From contig LVLI01000176.1 in the NCBI GenBank assembly GCA_001687465.1, positions 121,104-141,103 of the forward strand: DNA of 20,000 nt, given 5' to 3'. Numbering within the stretch: position 1 is the first letter of the stretch; each line of letters starts with the position of its first letter. Positions 1 through 9,984 of the stretch are shown here, in pieces. Source of the stretch: Halocafeteria seosinensis (Eukaryota). The translations under genes and the position numbers were made by a program. The notes beneath the pieces were generated by a model. It searched no databases. It saw nothing but the letters and a program-made list of their open reading frames with translations, and was not told the DNA's origin.

Positions 1-2631
1 TTACCTAATTTTCCAGAACTTCTTCACGACAGCTGCGTTCGGATATACAGCAGGAGTGGGGCTCGTGGTGTAAAGGTATTTTGTGACACTATTGGAAATC
101 TATCATTTGGAAAGACTATTTATATGGCATTCTGCAACGCACCTACTGGACAGCATAAATCTATATGGAGCGGCTTCCATTCATGCGTAAAGCGTATTCT
201 TGAGGCACCTCGGATAGAAGATGATGATTTCAAAGCAGAAACTCTCTTTTTGCATATTTCTCTGCTCTGTGATGTTATGCGCTCCTCTATGACCTCGAAG
301 AAATCGCTGGGGCCGATCAAGGACTTGATGCTCAGCGGCTCCAAGGAAATACTGGTGCCTCTAGAGTCCCTAATTGCGCGTATGGAAACACGTCGACTGC
401 GCCTCCTTCTTACCTGCTGCTATCAAATGTTTTATGTAAATTTCGTCATGACTTGCAGTGCCATCGGCATGGTAGATTCCCTCGTGGGGCAGACGGTACT
501 TGGGTCAGTTTCCGAACCCGTCACTACGTCAATCCAGCTGGATGCCTCTTATGACTATGCAGAAGGAGACGAACATTTGCGTATGAAAATCTATCGTACG
601 ATGCTGTTGTCTCACCAGTGCCGCCATAAGGTGTCGTTACACAAGTTACCACTTCAGTCGGCGGAAAGAAGTTTGCAGTTCACTTCAACTAAGCATTACG
701 AGGGAGTACATCAACTTGCAACTCCAGTGTGGCAGGTTAATGGCGCTACTAGCGAGTTTGCGCAAAAGTTCACGCTATCTCCCGGGGCTCAGATGGTTGA
801 TTCCGCTGTATCAGACAGCTTGAGCGGTCCAGCCCTTTCACTGACACTCCTACGAACATTTCAGGAGCTCTGGCTAGCGTGCCGACCGAAGCGGTTGTCG
901 GAGCTTGATAAGACTATCAAAGAGCTCAACCTAGACTCGTGTAAAACTCAAACCAGGCACATACTCTATGGAATCTTTCAGTCCGGTGTGGAAAAGAGGC
1001 CGCCTGAGAACAAGGACTCCGCTGTGTCTAGAATACCGACATTGGAGCTAGTTGACACATACCCTTCAATATGCATTGATGGGTATATTGCAGTCTACTT
1101 TTATATTCTGTTTGGGGCCATTTGGTTGGTAAGCAGATCGCGAGTTGGGTTCCAGAAAGCGTGGGGATATCTGAATTGGTTATACCCAAACGTTATTCGG
1201 TGTGAATTTGTATCGTTTGACGATTCAGGATTCCCAGCATTCCGTGACTGCTTCAAGCATGTTGCTAGACGCTACACGTACATCGATGAATTCGATATCA
1301 CCCCCAAGGCTGCCGAAGTGGCCCTTCTCTGTTCTACCTTATGCTCTAGACGTGACAAAAAGCGGTCTCCGACGGTCGAGCTCACCGAAGCAGTGTCGAT
1401 AGATGCTTCCCTTGGACATGAGCATTTCAATGGCATGCTTCGCCTTATTGCTCAGAGGAAGTTTATTCCGTCCGTGGAAGGATCGCAACAGTTAATGGAT
1501 TCACTTTTGCAGCGCGGGACAGGAGCATGGGAGACTCCGCTGGACAATACTGTCTTAGCAATTGGCGATTTTGCGTCTTCGATGCCTCTTCCGGATGATC
1601 TTCACTCTGTCTCACCGCTCAACTTGCCCTTGGTTCTAGTTGTCAGTGGCCAAAGGAAAGAGTTGACGGAAGCACTGGCTTCTTCAGTTATTTCGCGAAC
1701 GGCGATATTATTTGACTATGAAAATGGTATGGAGTGCTTGTACCGCTCTCTTGCCTCTGTTACTCGTCTTTGCGAAGTTGGAGATGAGGAAGTTCTTGGT
1801 CCACTTTGCAAAGCTATAAAAAGTTATATAGGTAAGGGTCCTTCGAAAACAAATGCAGGCAATTTTCAATTTATTTGCACTCTTCGATACCTTCGTGCAT
1901 TCTTGTCTGGAATTGCTTCTTTACGGGAAATTACTGCTGTAGTGATAGCCAACCTGCATGAATCTTTCGAGCACCTCTACAGGATCTGCAACTCTGCAAT
2001 ACTGTCGCGAAAATTTATGAACCCAGAAGGCTCTCCTCTAGTCATTGAGTGTTTCCTGACTTGCTCGGCGATGGTAAAATCTACTCACGTTAATGTCGAC
2101 AGCAGAAACGTAACAGCTCTCATATCTTCAACAGAGGTATCCATTGATTCGGCTTTAGGCTCCGGGGCAATACAAGGCATCATTGCAGCAGCTTGCCATC
2201 TTGTGTACGCATTGTTGAGATACAGGAGCAACATCTGTGCAAACTTGGCTCCAATCTTATTCGACCGTTTGCGCAAGCTAATGTACGGTGTTCTTCGATC
2301 CACGGAAGTCCTCAGTCTTAAAGAGGCCACCGATCTGGCCCAGCATTGGAACAGACTTTGCGATGAATGTGTGAGATCTCTTGGAACCAACTCGACGCGC
2401 CAGTATGCGGTCGGGATATTGGGAGCGTTGTTGAAACAACACGGGCTCTCAGTTTCTAGCCCCGTTGACAAGACCTTGTACGATGGGGCTTTCTTCATTT
2501 GTGATACGCTTACCGATCGGGAATGGGAGGAGCTGTATGCCAACTTACAGAAATCTCAGGGTGCCGTGGCCAATTTGAAAGAGCTGAAAAAATCCTACGA
2601 TAAGGAACACAAGTTTACGGGAAAGATTTGA
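1..2631 (+). CDS. URB2: URB2/Npa2-like nucleolar ribosome biogenesis protein, 3' part (5' end lies outside the window)
   Basis: The frame of ORF 124..2631 has no stop back to base 1 (TTA CCT AAT...), so the CDS is 5'-truncated. The protein is Leu-rich and looks helical. It ends '...LYDGAFFICDTLTDREWEELYANL...LKELKKSYDKEHKFTGKI*', matching from memory the Urb2/Npa2 C-terminal pattern (L..G....D.....L...L...Y....K[YF].GK[VI]-stop). No search was run. Confidence 0.8.
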   Translation, partial: LPNFPELLHDSCVRIYSRSGARGVKVFCDTIGNLSFGKTIYMAFCNAPTGQHKSIWSGFHSCVKRILEAPRIEDDDFKAETLFLHISLLCDVMRSSMTSKKSLGPIKDLMLSGSKEILVPLESLIARMETRRLRLLLTCCYQMFYVNFVMTCSAIGMVDSLVGQTVLGSVSEPVTTSIQLDASYDYAEGDEHLRMKIYRTMLLSHQCRHKVSLHKLPLQSAERSLQFTSTKHYEGVHQLATPVWQVNGATSEFAQKFTLSPGAQMVDSAVSDSLSGPALSLTLLRTFQELWLACRPKRLSELDKTIKELNLDSCKTQTRHILYGIFQSGVEKRPPENKDSAVSRIPTLELVDTYPSICIDGYIAVYFYILFGAIWLVSRSRVGFQKAWGYLNWLYPNVIRCEFVSFDDSGFPAFRDCFKHVARRYTYIDEFDITPKAAEVALLCSTLCSRRDKKRSPTVELTEAVSIDASLGHEHFNGMLRLIAQRKFIPSVEGSQQLMDSLLQRGTGAWETPLDNTVLAIGDFASSMPLPDDLHSVSPLNLPLVLVVSGQRKELTEALASSVISRTAILFDYENGMECLYRSLASVTRLCEVGDEEVLGPLCKAIKSYIGKGPSKTNAGNFQFICTLRYLRAFLSGIASLREITAVVIANLHESFEHLYRICNSAILSRKFMNPEGSPLVIECFLTCSAMVKSTHVNVDSRNVTALISSTEVSIDSALGSGAIQGIIAAACHLVYALLRYRSNICANLAPILFDRLRKLMYGVLRSTEVLSLKEATDLAQHWNRLCDECVRSLGTNSTRQYAVGILGALLKQHGLSVSSPVDKTLYDGAFFICDTLTDREWEELYANLQKSQGAVANLKELKKSYDKEHKFTGKI

Positions 2632-3732
2632 ATCCCTCCTCAGTTTGCTTTCAATTGCAGAATCCACTTGTGTTTGTGGCTGCTTCAGACTCCGCCACTG
2701 GCCTTACTCTAAGGAGTAACGGGGACTACAAGAAGAACGCTATTCCATAAACTGTATGGGATTTGGAGATAAGATATTGACGCACGTATGCATGACAGCC
2801 GCTTCGAAGGAGATGAACTTGGGAACACGTTGAGTCATGCCTGGGCGTCTGAATACTTTGCGTTCCCAAAACAAAGCACGTCGCTATCCAATAGTACTTA
2901 CAGAGTACTTACGCTTCGTGCGCGGTTGCGGTGGTAGTGGTGGTGGGTTGTCCGGGAATCGTCAGCTCTCATTTCCCTTGAGATGGCTCCCGCATGCCCT
3001 TAACCTGTGCTGAAAAGGAGAAATAGTTACGCGTCTTACATTTTCCGCACTTAATGGTTACACTCAATCCAATCGCGTCGGCGTTCAAGAATTTACTGTT
3101 TCCCTTTACTTACAACTTTTGCAGCTTGAAAACAATGGACAATAACTGTTGCCCGCCACGGTGAATTTTTTACCAGTGCAGGTTCCAAGGAAGTCTTTGA
3201 TGATAAAAGAATTGAGCATTGACTTATTCCATCTATTGCATCGCCAATGCGCAGGAGACTATCGACCGGTAAACTCTGGGTATTCTCTCACACCCAACCC
3301 GGGGTAACTGGCTTCCTGTGTCGACGGAGTTGCTTCGGTCCCCTCGGTCGCAATGCGACCGCCACCCGGGAACTTCGAAAAAACTGAAACAAGCGGGTTT
3401 AACACCACTATAGTCGGTAATTCCCGTAAGTTTTGGTTCGTTCATAGAGACAATTTCCTGCCGCATTCAACCAAACTGGTTTCGCTTCCTAGTGGTGGGA
3501 AGCGAGTGTATAGCACCTGAGTGAAAGTGTTTGACGGAGGTTACTGGCCGTGAGCATTGAAGTAGCAACTGCATTAGGTATTCAGAGGTGTATAAACTAT
3601 TCCAGTGTCCACGGACTCGAAACTTGCATCCGATTGGATACACGCACTGATTGCTGGGGGTGCTTGGATCATCTTGTGGGCTAAGTGTTTTAGCCTTCTT
3701 AAGTTGAAGCCGGAGCATCTATTTGCTACAAG

Positions 3733-6700
3733 ATGTCCAGATATTCACCAGGTGCTGAAGGGCATGAGGAGGACCGTGATTTAGGGGATTTGACGCGACA
3801 AGTTTCCACAGATGAATACGAGTACGATGAAACGGGAATCGGGGAATATGAAGGGAAAGCTCAAGTTGAGGTCAACGACCTCTACGCTCAAGACAGCACC
3901 GCTGAATATATGGATGACGGAAAGGAGGCAGGGCATCGAAAGCAACCAACGTACGCGAAAACGCCAGGAGGAAAGGAAATGGTCAACAAGAAAGGCGCTC
4001 GGCGAAAGTTTCCGCTAGATTGCGGAAGGCCTGGCCAAAAGCCGCACTTAAGTTATAGTTTGGTACGGTTGAATGGTTGCAGTAAACCAGTGCATTCTTG
4101 TTCACTTGGACACTGCATATCTATCGTTCCCTTTCCAGGCTCTATTCGAGAAACAAAAGACACATCCAAGAAAGCCAGTGAAAACTGACGCAAAGGGAAA
4201 GGTGACCGAATACGAGCCCTTCAAAATGTTCTCGACGGACACGGGGACCCACTTGTTCTGTTGTGGAAACACTACCTCCGAGTTCATCAGATGTAGGTTT
4301 TGCCTAATTAATGAATCCCTAATTTATTGTCTTCCACTATGGAAAGGCTATTGATACAGATGGGGTGGGGATATCTCTTTATTTTAAGTTCCTCAAGTAC
4401 ATGATGTTCGTAATGGTAGGTGCTACGCTCGCCCATCCTCTTCGTATACAGAGACAACGAGGGTTATGGCTTCTCGCAGTTCCTGTTGTCGGTTGTTTTG
4501 GTTCCGAACATGATTGCGTTCTACTTTGGTGGGAGCTTTCAGGAGGAGGTGGTCACCCAGTTGGATGCGTAAGTACTTGCTAAGGCTTCTAGATAAATGA
4601 AATCGGCGCTTATCCTTGAGTTGTTTCATGTCAGGTTTTCTCTTTTTACTGCCGGTAACCTTGGAAGAGGGGTTACTGTATGTAAGGAAGCAATTGATGG
4701 CGAAACAATTGACATATCCTGTGGTGAGGGAACAAAGGTCGCCCGAGTGGAAGCATTTTATGGTTTGCCTACGGGGCATTGTGACTGTCCTACTGAGCGT
4801 CGACCTACACCGGAATGCCCAGGACGTCCGGACGGTTCCGGATGCTCCCCGGAAGGCTCGTTTTGTCATTTGGAAGAACAGAGAGAAATAAGATTTCCAG
4901 ATGGAGATGAAATGCTCGGGGACAGTTGCTGCGCGTCCTCTCTAGAAAATGGCAGCCCCGACTTTAGTGACCTTCATATCGATGTGGAATACTGCAACTC
5001 TGGAACTGCTCAACAAATTACAACGGGCAAATGCTTAAATCAAAAGGAATGCACTATTTCCGTGGGGCCCGATAAAAAGCAAGTGTGGAGTCCTCGCGAA
5101 GATTTGGGTATCACATGCGACGACGTCGAAACTACAAGTGATGGGAATTGCAGAAGTACACTTGGATCTGGTTTGGGCACTTGTGATTACAGTTTCTTAA
5201 ATCGAACGACACGACCTGTTGGGTTAGAAGACATTTCTAAACAGGGGGATCATCGAATGCTTGTAGTTGCTCAGTGCTTCGAATTGGAAGTTACTTTTTT
5301 TGATGGTGCTTTTTCGATGGACAAAGGGGACGTGCGCTTTATCATAGCTATGGTGGATATAGCGTTCGTCTTCATATTCCTTGGCTCATATTACTTTTTG
5401 AAATCCCAAGAAACCGAAGAAATAAAGGAGAAAAAACAGCTTACTGCTGCGGACTATACGATCTTTATTCCGAGCTTGCCCAGTAAAGAGTCCTCCATGG
5501 TACTCCATAAGGAGTTGCGGAGAGTACTGGAGAAAATGGCTTCATGCTCTCCAATTGTTAGCTACCAACTGGAGAGAAATCGAGTAGTTGTTGGAGATAT
5601 CAATTTCGGATTCAAGGAAACAAGTCTCTTGAACGCTTTCATAAAGCGGGGCAAACTGCTGCGGAAACTAGACGCCAAGAGTAATGAATATGAGCAGCTT
5701 GCAGGCTTGGATGAAAAAGGGAAAAAACTTGAGCGAGCGCGAAAACAAGTGACAAAAGTGAAGACAAAGCTCCGTCAACTAGATAAGCACATTGACTATT
5801 TGGAGAAGCTGTTTGTTGGGTCGACGGCCGTTGCTGCGTACGTGACGTTTGAAGAAGTCGAGGGAGCTCAACGTGCCAAGCTCCAATATCCGCCAACATT
5901 CTTCTACTGGTGCTGTCAATCAGAGCGCAAAAGACTCTGGGGCCGACATAGGGTGCAAGTGAAGGATGCGGCAGAACCAAGTGATATTAAATGGGAAAAT
6001 TTGCCCGTCTCGATGCCCAATCGCTTTGTCCGGCAACTCATCATTGGTATTCTCACTATAGGTATACTTGTCGGATCCGCTCTACTGATTTTCGTCGTAG
6101 AAGAAGAACGACGGAGCCGGGAACGACAATTCTTAACCCCAGAGTGTAGTCGGTTTGATGATTTACTCAACAAAACAAAAGTTGTTCAAGATGAATTTTT
6201 TGAGCAACTCGAAGGCGTGGAGAGCGGTGGTGAAGGGAGATTAGGATGCTTCTGTCAACAAAAGTTTGACTTCTTCAATCCGTCGGAAGCATTGGACGTG
6301 AGGTTCGATACTCCGGAAGGCACACAAAAATTGTGTCGCGAATGGTTTGAGACGTTCTTTCTCGTCCAATTCTTTACGTACGGTAGCGCTCTTCTGATTG
6401 TTACCATTAACTTTACGTTTCGCCTTATTTTGAAACAACTTACCGGGTTTGAAAAGATTGCTTCTAAGACGGGTATGTATTTGCTGACTTCGTACTAAAT
6501 CTGCACGCCGTTGCAAGTGCGTAACAAAATATTTTACTGCTTTCAGGGGAAGTTATTTCGCGAGCATTAAAGCTTTTTGTTCTCCAGGTAAGTTTTGAGT
6601 TTGATGCTAAAACTACAATACCCAGTCGTGTTACATTCCGTTGTTTAAAGTGCAGCTCCTGAACACCGCTGGTGTGTTGATAATCATTAATGCGCGGATA

Positions 6701-9364
6701 GATACAGACTTTCGATTTCTCAGAAGGGGACAACATCGGGATTTTACGCCAGAATGGTATGCATCAGTGGGAGTGGCAATATGTGTCACGATGGCGATAA
6801 ATATCGTCGTTCCGCACGTAGCGCCGCTGCTGAAACATATGCGGGGAGCATGCCAGCGATGCTACGACCGGGGCTGCAGCTCCGATATGACGCGGACAAA
6901 GTGTGCGACGCAAAAGGAACTAAATCTCTTACAGGTATGGCCCTTGCTTGCTGTGCTCAGTTTTTTGCATCGGAGCAATCTTTCTGCTTGAGCTACAGAC
7001 GGGACCGGAGTTATTGCTGGATGAACGATACGCTCAGTTCTACAACGTTATCTTCGTCTGTACCCTGTTTTCGACGGTAAGCAATGCGAGGGAGTCTGGT
7101 CAGGGTATAATTTTATTCACCAAGCACTAGTGTTTGCAGGGTATACCGTTACTGATTCCCATTGCGATGGTAACGCTCTTCTTAGGATACTGGGTTGATA
7201 AAATTCTTTTTATCAAGGTATATAGGACTCCTCCAGTAAGTTGGGAACTGAAACCTCCGGTATCCTGAATCAGGCTCCCTCACTTGCAATACGCGAATGT
7301 TGGTTTGGTCAGGCCTACGATACAGATTTGGCGAAGAACTTCACTTCTCTTTTGCCATATGCAATGGTAACTCATCTCATTTTTGGGACGTGGATGCTGA
7401 GCAATCCTCTTATTTTTCCATTTGAAGTTATTCGAAGAGAAGATGGAGTTGGGGTAAGCGATTCCCTGCTCAGGGTTCTCGGATTCTTGGATCGGATTGG
7501 AGAATTTGAGGTAGGGACGCGGCTCTCCCAGCCCGGCGTTTATGTGATGGCAGGGGTTCTCCTGCTTGTGCTAGTTGGTCTAATTCTTTCGCGAATGTTT
7601 CTAGTAAATCTCAAGAAATTGGCTCTTACGGTCTGTCCGTGCTTGGAGTATGGTTTCAATGCGTACTCAAGGCGACGTAAAGTGCAAAGAACGGCCCAAG
7701 CGAAGCCGCCGTACTTCGATGCGATTCCAACGGACATCCTACAAGAAGTTGTCACTAATAGAAGATTGGTGAAGCCCGAGCTCGTGCCTGCTTACAAGGA
7801 GGCATGGGAACGGAGACTGCAGCAGATCAAGGATAAAGAAGAGAAGAGGAAAGAGTACCAACGGATGGTGGAAGAGCGGATTCGATTAACACAATTCGCG
7901 GAACAGCGCGAACGGGAGGCTATTGAAGAGCAGCTGGAGGAGGCTCGTCAGGCTCGAGAAGAAGCCCAGCAAATCCGTATGCAGAAGAAAGAAGAGGAAG
8001 TCAAGTCTTTAATTTATGAAGAAGCACAAAGGAGGGCGGAAATACAGGCTATGCGTCACGCAAAAGCATTCGAGTGGGATATTATTGGCTCACTTCGCGA
8101 ACAATTCCGTGAAGAAGCGTCGGTGGCCTTAACACATATCGTTGCCCGCTGTCGTCAGCTCTTGCCGCGACTGCAAGGATACACTCCGGCCGCAGCGGGT
8201 GTTCAAGACGAAACACATGCAGATGTTAACAGGGTAGACACCGATGAGGACCTATCGTTGGGTGGGGAGGCGAAAGTCGTAGACGATGACATGACTGACG
8301 TTGGTAGTGTCCGGTCGACAACTTCTAAAGGAAGAAACTCTCTGTCTAAATATAGTTTCAATTCGTTGTATGGCTCGTTCATGCATCAATTAGCGCCCGC
8401 TGAGGGAATTCAAGTAACGGCGTCGCAGGATGGATTCCTTGCGGAAGATCTACTTTTGTGCAAGGTGGAGGGTGAGGATGAACATGACCCCTCCCTGGTA
8501 TCAGATGAAATCGTTCCGGAAGTCGACGGCAGGATAAGCGATCAAACGAACAAACAAATAGCTGACATGAAGAAGGAAGCGGAGGCGGTTAAAATTAGTC
8601 GCCAGCTTGACGAGGAACTGGACGAGCACGGCATGACGCGCCAATCTGCAAAGTATAGTGAGCTTTGCGAGCTGATCTTTACACCCATGGAGGTAGTAGA
8701 TGAGGACGAGGAAGACGAAATGCTACGCGACCGGGCAACGTTTGTAGAGAACGCCATGGCCAGACGAGAAGAGGAAGACGAGGAAGCTCAAGGCGAGCGA
8801 GATGCTCCCGATCCCGGAGAAGATGGGGAAATTGAAATACCGGAGGAAGACTATGTTGACATCGTAGAAACATGGGACAAAGTTGACGAACTTGAACGTC
8901 GAGCTGGAGAGCTATATCAAAAAGCCGCTTTGGGTCAAGATTTGGAGCCCCTAGATCCTCGCTATCTGGACACGGACTTTCTAAGTGGCCTTCACTCGTA
9001 TGACATTCACGATAGCACTGAGTACCGCCATCTGTTTGGATTGGATTCAGATGTACCGGCTTCATGGAAACGGCGCTTGCATGCGACACATCGCACCCAC
9101 GTCGGCAGTGCTGCCAATACCAGTGTGTACAAGGCAAGGAACAAGGAAGAGCAGCAACAGATCTATCGGCAAGTTTCCCACCAAAGTGGCAAGGACCACA
9201 GTGCCAAACCCAGTACACGTTATCTGTATCACCACAATGGTAGCAACCGCCGTCTCGCTCACGATACAACACTTTCCTCCCGGAACATTTTACAGGCTCC
9301 TTCTCGTCATGAAGAAGCCGAGGAGGAAGAAGATCTAGAGGATGAAGAAGCTCGGTATGAATAG
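3733..9364 (+). CDS. OSCA/TMEM63 (CSC1)-like multi-pass ion channel (TMC/ANO/OSCA superfamily), 10 exons, ~1670 aa
   Basis: Manually spliced exons: 3733-4062, 4139-4292, 4360-4415, 4480-4568, 4635-6472, 6547-6587, 6656-6934, 6999-7076, 7140-7235, 7313-9364 (5013 nt). All introns are GT-AG, 63-77 nt, and phase-compatible. Splicing restores family-like motifs: YGVGISLYFKFLKY, TAGNLG, TAADYTIFI, AYVTFE, AAEPSDIKWEN, LFVLQ|LLNT, GQHRDFTPEWYASVG..TM.IN, GPE....RYA, FST|GIPLL, YWVDK...YRTPP|AYD. The exon 1 donor (4063 GTACGG) is the least certain boundary. Confidence 0.85.
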
Positions 9365-9530
9365 ACACAGTAAACATGTTTTCTCAGCACCCACTACCAC
9401 GAAGTTGCTTCGCCACCGCACTTCCCTTTTGCTTCGCCGGGTCCCATACAATGCAGATGAGTGCATAAATCCGGGATTGTTGGTATTTCTCGGTACATGG
9501 CCGGTGTTTCTTGAGACCAAGGGTTCCATC

Positions 9531-9906
9531 ATGGTAAGTGTCAAAATCATCGATATTTCAATGTGAATGACCTCAGGGCTCTTTGTCCCCCTCTCCAGGC
9601 GCTCATCGACAAGGTAGTGGGCGCCTCTATGCTCACTTTGAGTGCCTTTATTTTCCTCTACTACACATTATGGGTGATTATAACGGTACGTAGGGCTCCT
9701 CTGTCCGCTGTAGTCTCATCTGGATCCCTTGTACACCGTGTATACAGCCGTTTATTGACGCTGATCAACCTATACAAGCCTGGTTTCCGGCTCGAGAGTA
9801 CGCCGTGATGATACCAGCTGCCTTATTGGTGGTAGTCATAGCTCTGGTAGCCACATTTGTAGGGGTCGTTATGATAAAGACAGGCCAGAAAAAGAAGACA
9901 GAATGA
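9531..9906 (+). CDS. DPM2: Dolichol-phosphate mannose synthase regulatory subunit DPM2, 3 exons, 82 aa
   Basis: Exons 9531-9533 (ATG only), 9599-9685 and 9748-9906. Introns: GTAAGT...CTCCAG (65 nt) and GTACGT...ATACAG (62 nt). Product: MALIDKVVGASMLTLSAFIFLYYTLWVIITPFIDADQPIQAWFPAREYAVMIPAALLVVVIALVATFVGVVMIKTGQKKKTE. It has the DPM2 signature D..VG...F.YYT.WV...PF.D...F..R.YA..IP, two TM helices and a Lys-rich C-terminus. Confidence 0.95.
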
Positions 9907-9960
9907 ATAGAGGAGTGGATACTGTATAGTGTGGAGGAGAACAGGTGTATATTGGGGGAT

Positions 9961-9984
9961 CTAATCTAATCTAAACTAATCTAG
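9961..9984. repeat. Short (CTAAT)n pentamer run overlapping the Nup160-like stop codon
   Basis: CTAAT CTAAT CTAAA CTAAT CTAG at 9961-9984. Confidence 0.8.

Noticed and set aside
8679..9377. 232-aa antisense ORF and the many other short ORFs overlapping the large genes
   Set aside because: These are shadow frames of real CDSs with no recognisable motifs.
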